In this document: in pieces, positions 60,001 through 64,000 of the stretch
How the letters are laid out: the number at the start of each line of letters is the position of its first letter
Numbering within the stretch: the first letter of the stretch is position 1
NCBI RefSeq assembly: GCF_009914755.1
Contig: NC_060925.1
Origin: the human T2T-CHM13v2.0 reference genome, Homo sapiens
Strand: one strand, 5' to 3'
Length of the DNA: 64,000 nucleotides
Program-made: the position numbers and the translations under genes
Notes under the pieces: model-generated
Databases searched by the model: none
Told to the model about the DNA's origin: nothing
Seen by the model: only the letters and a program-made list of their open reading frames with translations

Positions 60001-63000
60001 CCGAATGGAATCATCATCCAACGGAAGCTAATGGAATCAACATCGAATGAATCGAATGGAAACACCATCGAATTGAAACGAATGGAATTACCATGAAATT
60101 GAAATGGATGGACTCATCATCGAATGGATTCGAATGGAATCATCGAATAAAATTGATTGAAATCATCATCGAGTGGAATCGAGTGGAATTATGATCAAAT
60201 GGAATCGAATGTAATCATCATCAAATGGAATCAAAAATAACCATCATCAATTGGTATTCAATGGAATTGTCATCAAATGGAATTCAAAGGAATCATCATC
60301 AAATGGAACAGAATGGAATCCTCATTGAATGGAAATGAAAGGGGTCATCATCTAATGGAATCGCATGGAATCATCATCAAATGGAATCGAATGGAATCAT
60401 CATCAAATGGAATCTAATGGAATCATTGAAAAGAATTGAATGGAATCGTCATCGAATGAATTGAATGCAATCATCGAATGGTCTCGAATGGAATCATCTT
60501 CTAATGGAAAGGAATGGAATCATCGCATAAAATCGAATGGAATTAACATTGAATGGACTCGAATGGAATCAACATCAAACGGAATCAAGCGGAATTATCG
60601 AACGGAATCGAGGAGAATCATCGAATGGACTCGAATGGAATCATCTAATGGAATGGAATGGAATAATCCACGGACTCGAATGCAATCATCATCGTATAGA
60701 ATAGAATGGAATCATCGAATGGACTCGAATGGAATAATCATTGAACGGAATCGAATGGAATCATCATCGGATGGAAACGAATGGAATCATCATCGAATGG
60801 AAATGAAAGGAGTCATCATCTAATGGAATTGCATGGAATCATCATAAAATGGAATCGAATGGAATCAACATCAAATGGAATCAAATGGAATCATTGAAAG
60901 GAATTGAATGGAATCGTCATCGAATGAATTGAATGCAATCATCGAATGGTCTCGAATGGAATCATCTTCAAATGGAATGGAATGGAATCATCGCATAGAA
61001 TCGAATGGAATTATCATCGAATGGAATCGAATGGAATCAACATCAAACGGAAAAAAACGGAATTATCGAATGGAATCGATGAGAATCATCGAACGGACCC
61101 GAATGGAATCATCTAATGGAATGGAATGGAATAATCCATGGACTCGAATGCAATCATCATCGAATGGAATCGAATGGAATCATCGAATGGACTCGAGTGG
61201 AATAATCATCGAACGGAAACGAATGGAATCATCATCGGATGGAAATGAATAGAATCATCATCGAATGGAATCGAATAGAATTATGGAATGAAATCCAGTG
61301 TGATCATCATCGAATGGACCCGAATGGAATCATCATCCAACGGAAGCTAATGGAATCAACATCGAATGAATCGAATGGAAACACCATCGAATTGAAACGA
61401 ATGGAATTATCATGAAATTGAAATGGATGGACTCATCATCGAATGGATTCGAATGGAAACATCGAATAAAATTGATTGAAATCATCATCAAATGGAATCG
61501 AATGGTATCATTGAATGGAATCGAATGGAATCATCATCAGATGGAAATGAATGGAATCGTCATAGAATGGAATCGAATGGATTCATTGAATGGAATCAGA
61601 TGGAATCTTCGAATGGACTGGAATGGAATCACTGAATGGACTCGAAAGGGATCATCATTGAATGGAATTGAATGGAATCATCGAATGGTCTCGATTGGAA
61701 TCATTATCAAATGGAATCGAATCGAATCACCGAATGGAATCGAATGGAACAATCACCGAATGGCCTCAAATGGAATTATCCTCAAATGGAATGGAATGGA
61801 ATTATCGAATGCAATCGAATGGAATTAACGAATGCAATCGAATAGAATCATCGAATGGATTCGAATGGAATCATCGAATGGAATGGAATGGAACAGTCAA
61901 TGAACTCGAATGGAATCATCATTGAATGGAATCGAATGGAATCATCGAGTGGAATCGAATGGAATTATGATCAAATGGAATTGAATGTAATCATCATCAA
62001 ATGGAATCAAAAATAACCGTCATCAATTGGTATTGAATGGAATTGTCATCAAATGGAATTCAAAGGAATCATCATCAAATGGAACCGAATGGAATCCTCA
62101 TTGAATGGAAATGAAAGGAGACATCATCTAATGGAATTGCATGGAATCATCATAAAATGGAATCGAATGGAATCAACATCAAATGGAATCAAATGGAATC
62201 ATTGAACGGAATTGAATGGAATCGTCATCGAATGAATTGAATGCAATCATCGAATGGTCTCGAATGGAATCATCTTCTAATGGAAAAGAATGGAATCATC
62301 GCATAGAATCGAATGGAATTAAAATTGAATGAACTCGAATGGAATCAACATCAAACGGAAAAAATCGGTATTATCGAATGGAATCGAAGAGAATCATCGA
62401 ATGGACCCGAATGGAATCATCTAATGGAATGGAATGGAATAATCCATGGACTCGAATGCAATCATCTTCGAATGGAATCGAATGGAATCATCGAATGGAC
62501 TCGAATGGAATAATCATTGAACGGAATCGAATGGAATCATCATCGGATGGAAACGAATGGAATCATCATCGAATGGAAGTGAAAGGAGTCATCATCTAAT
62601 GGAATTGCATGGAATCATCATCAAATGGAATCGAATGGAATCAACATCAAATGGAATCAAATGGAATCATTGAACGGAATTGAATGGAATCGTCATCGAA
62701 TGAATTGAATGCAATCATCGAATGGTCTCGAATGGAATCATCTTCAAATGGAATGGAATGGAATCATCGCATAGAATCGAATGGAATTATCATCGAATGG
62801 AATCGAATGGAATCAACATCAAACGGAAAAAAACGGAATTATCGAATGGAAATGAAGAGAATCATCGAATGGACCCGAATGGAATCATCTAATGGAATGG
62901 AATGGAATAATCCATGGACTCGAATGCAATCACCATCGAATGGAATCGAATGGAATCATCGAATGGACTCGAATGGAATAATCATTGAACGGAATCGAAT

Positions 63001-63267
63001 GGAATCGTCATCGGATGGAAATGAATGGAATCATCATCGAATGGAATCGAATAAAATTATGGAATGAAATCCAGTGTGATCATCATCGAATGGACCCGAA
63101 TGGAATCATCATCCAACGGAAGCTAATGGAATCAACATCGAATGAATCGAATGGAAACACCATCGAATTGAAACGAATGGAATTACCATGAAATTGAAAT
63201 GGATGGACTCATCATCGAATGGATTCGAATGGAATCATCGAATAAAATTGATTGAAATCATCATCGA
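57070..63267 (+). repeat. Recent 3095-bp tandem duplication with an out-of-register junction at ~60165-60172
   Basis: ORFs are near-identical at offset 3095 (57345/60440, 57813/60908, 58317/61412, 59244/62339, 59589/62684). The junction reads GATTGAAATCATCATC|GAGTGGAATCGAGTGG. Confidence 0.95.
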
Positions 63268-64000
63268 ATGGTATCGAATGGTATCATTGAATGGAATCGA
63301 ATGGAATCATCCTCAGATGGAAATGAATGGAATCGTCATAGAATGGAATCGAATGGATTCATTCAATGGAATCAGATGGAATCATCGAATGGACTGGAAT
63401 GGAATCATTGAATGGACTCGAAAGGGATCATTATTGAATGGAATTGAATGGAATCATCGAATGGTCCCGATTGGAATCATTATCAAATGGAATCGAATGG
63501 AATCACCGAATAGAATCGAATGGAACAATCATCGAATGGACTCAAATGGAATTATCCTCAAATGGAATCGAATGGAATTATCGAATGCAATCGAATGGAA
63601 TTATCGAATGCAATCGAATAGAATCATCGAATGGACTCGAATGGAATCATCGAATGGAATGGAATGGAACAGTCAATGAACTCGAATGGAATCATCATTG
63701 AATGGAATCGAATGGAATCATCGAGTGGAATCGAATGGAATTATGATCAAATGGAATCGAATGTAATCATCATCAAATGGAATCAAAAATAACCATCATC
63801 AATTGGTATTGAATGGAATTCTCATCAAATGGAATTCAAAGGAATCATCATCAAATGGAACTGAATGGAATCCTCATTGAATGGAAATGAAAGGGGTCAT
63901 CATCTAATGGAATCGCATGGAATCATCATCAAATGGAATCGAATGGAATCATCATCAAATGGAATCTGATGGAATCATTGAACAGAATTGAATGGAATCG

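Larger units (their letters stand above)
402..63187 (+). repeat. 33 complete higher-order units of the ~1.77-kb HSat2A family (1q12/pUC1.77-like); modal length 1776 bp, range 1308-2663 bp
   Basis: Landmark ATGAAATTGAAATGG at 402, 2643, 4416, 6656, 8896, 11127, 13370, 15147, 16923, 19017, 21492, 23415, 25190, 26498, 28421, 30639, 32438, 34139, 35892, 37814, 39275, 41051, 42827, 44579, 46796, 49040, 50817, 53480, 55233, 56541, 58317, 60093, 61412 and 63188. A conserved GAATTC lies in GGAATTCAAAGG (first at 1046). The subfamily and chromosome call rest on recalled knowledge of the 1.77-kb EcoRI repeat. Confidence 0.88.
1..64000 (+). repeat. Human satellite II (HSat2/HSATII) tandem array, GAATG strand, pericentromeric heterochromatin
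   Basis: Continuous degenerate (GAATG)n with the HSat2-type CATCATCGAATGGAATCGAATGGAAT motif (reverse complement contains CATTCGATTC) and very dense TCGA and GAATC sites. No interruption or inversion was seen. Confidence 0.98.

Noticed and set aside
402-63187. Many lengths (468, 1308, 1776, 147, 321, 231, 75, 153) are multiples of 3, hinting at frame preservation
   Set aside because: 23-, 26-, 442-, 457-, 10- and 1-bp changes are also present and have spread, and no frame stays open across a unit.
21-63701. Numerous + strand ORFs of 60-165 aa (MESSSNELNAIIEW..., MKLKWMDSS...)
   Set aside because: They are translations of GAATG repeats, which are ATG-rich. They overlap in several frames, recur with the unit period and are freely broken by stops and frameshifts, with no recognisable domain.
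1-64000. Complete absence of minus-strand ORFs, suggesting a coding strand
   Set aside because: Explained by composition: abundant TCA/TTA/CTA on the + strand gives stops in all minus frames.
1-64000. CRISPR-like or other repeat-spacer system
   Set aside because: There are no unique spacers. All intervening sequence is diverged satellite monomer and no associated genes exist.
1-64000. Classification as HSat3 or an HSF1 heat-shock element array
   Set aside because: Pure GGAAT runs are short and CATCATCGA/TCGAAT motifs dominate, which is HSat2. GAA units are mostly direct rather than alternating inverted nGAAn.
1-64000. Embedded Alu/L1/LTR insertion, inversion or unique island
   Set aside because: None was seen on reading through, and landmark spacings are accounted for by satellite-internal changes. 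The longest A runs (GGAAAAAAACGG) are part of the cassette.

Overview
The whole 64-kb window is one uninterrupted, single-orientation array of human/primate classical satellite II (HSat2/HSATII), read on the GAATG strand. It is built from diverged GAATG pentamers arranged as 23-bp and 26-bp monomers (core ATCATCGAATGGAATCGAATGGA). I see no genes, RNA genes, transposon insertions or unique sequence, and all listed ORFs are translation artefacts of the repeat. The once-per-unit landmark ATGAAATTGAAATGGATGGAC occurs 34 times, defining 33 complete units. The modal unit is 1776 bp with a conserved EcoRI site, matching the 1.77-kb HSat2A unit best known from chromosome 1q12; that location is inferred, not shown. 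Unit length follows 840 + n x 468 bp (n=1-4), modified by indels that are mostly sums of 23/26-bp monomers. The array also has recent near-perfect tandem duplications (2240, 3095, 321 bp), a ~5.0-kb nascent super-repeat, recurrent recombinant junctions and a lineage boundary near 20.7 kb. I found no evidence of a new coding system. The interest is in array architecture, recombination history and possibly the dense transcription-factor motifs. Coordinates were counted by hand, and breakpoints are uncertain within local homology.
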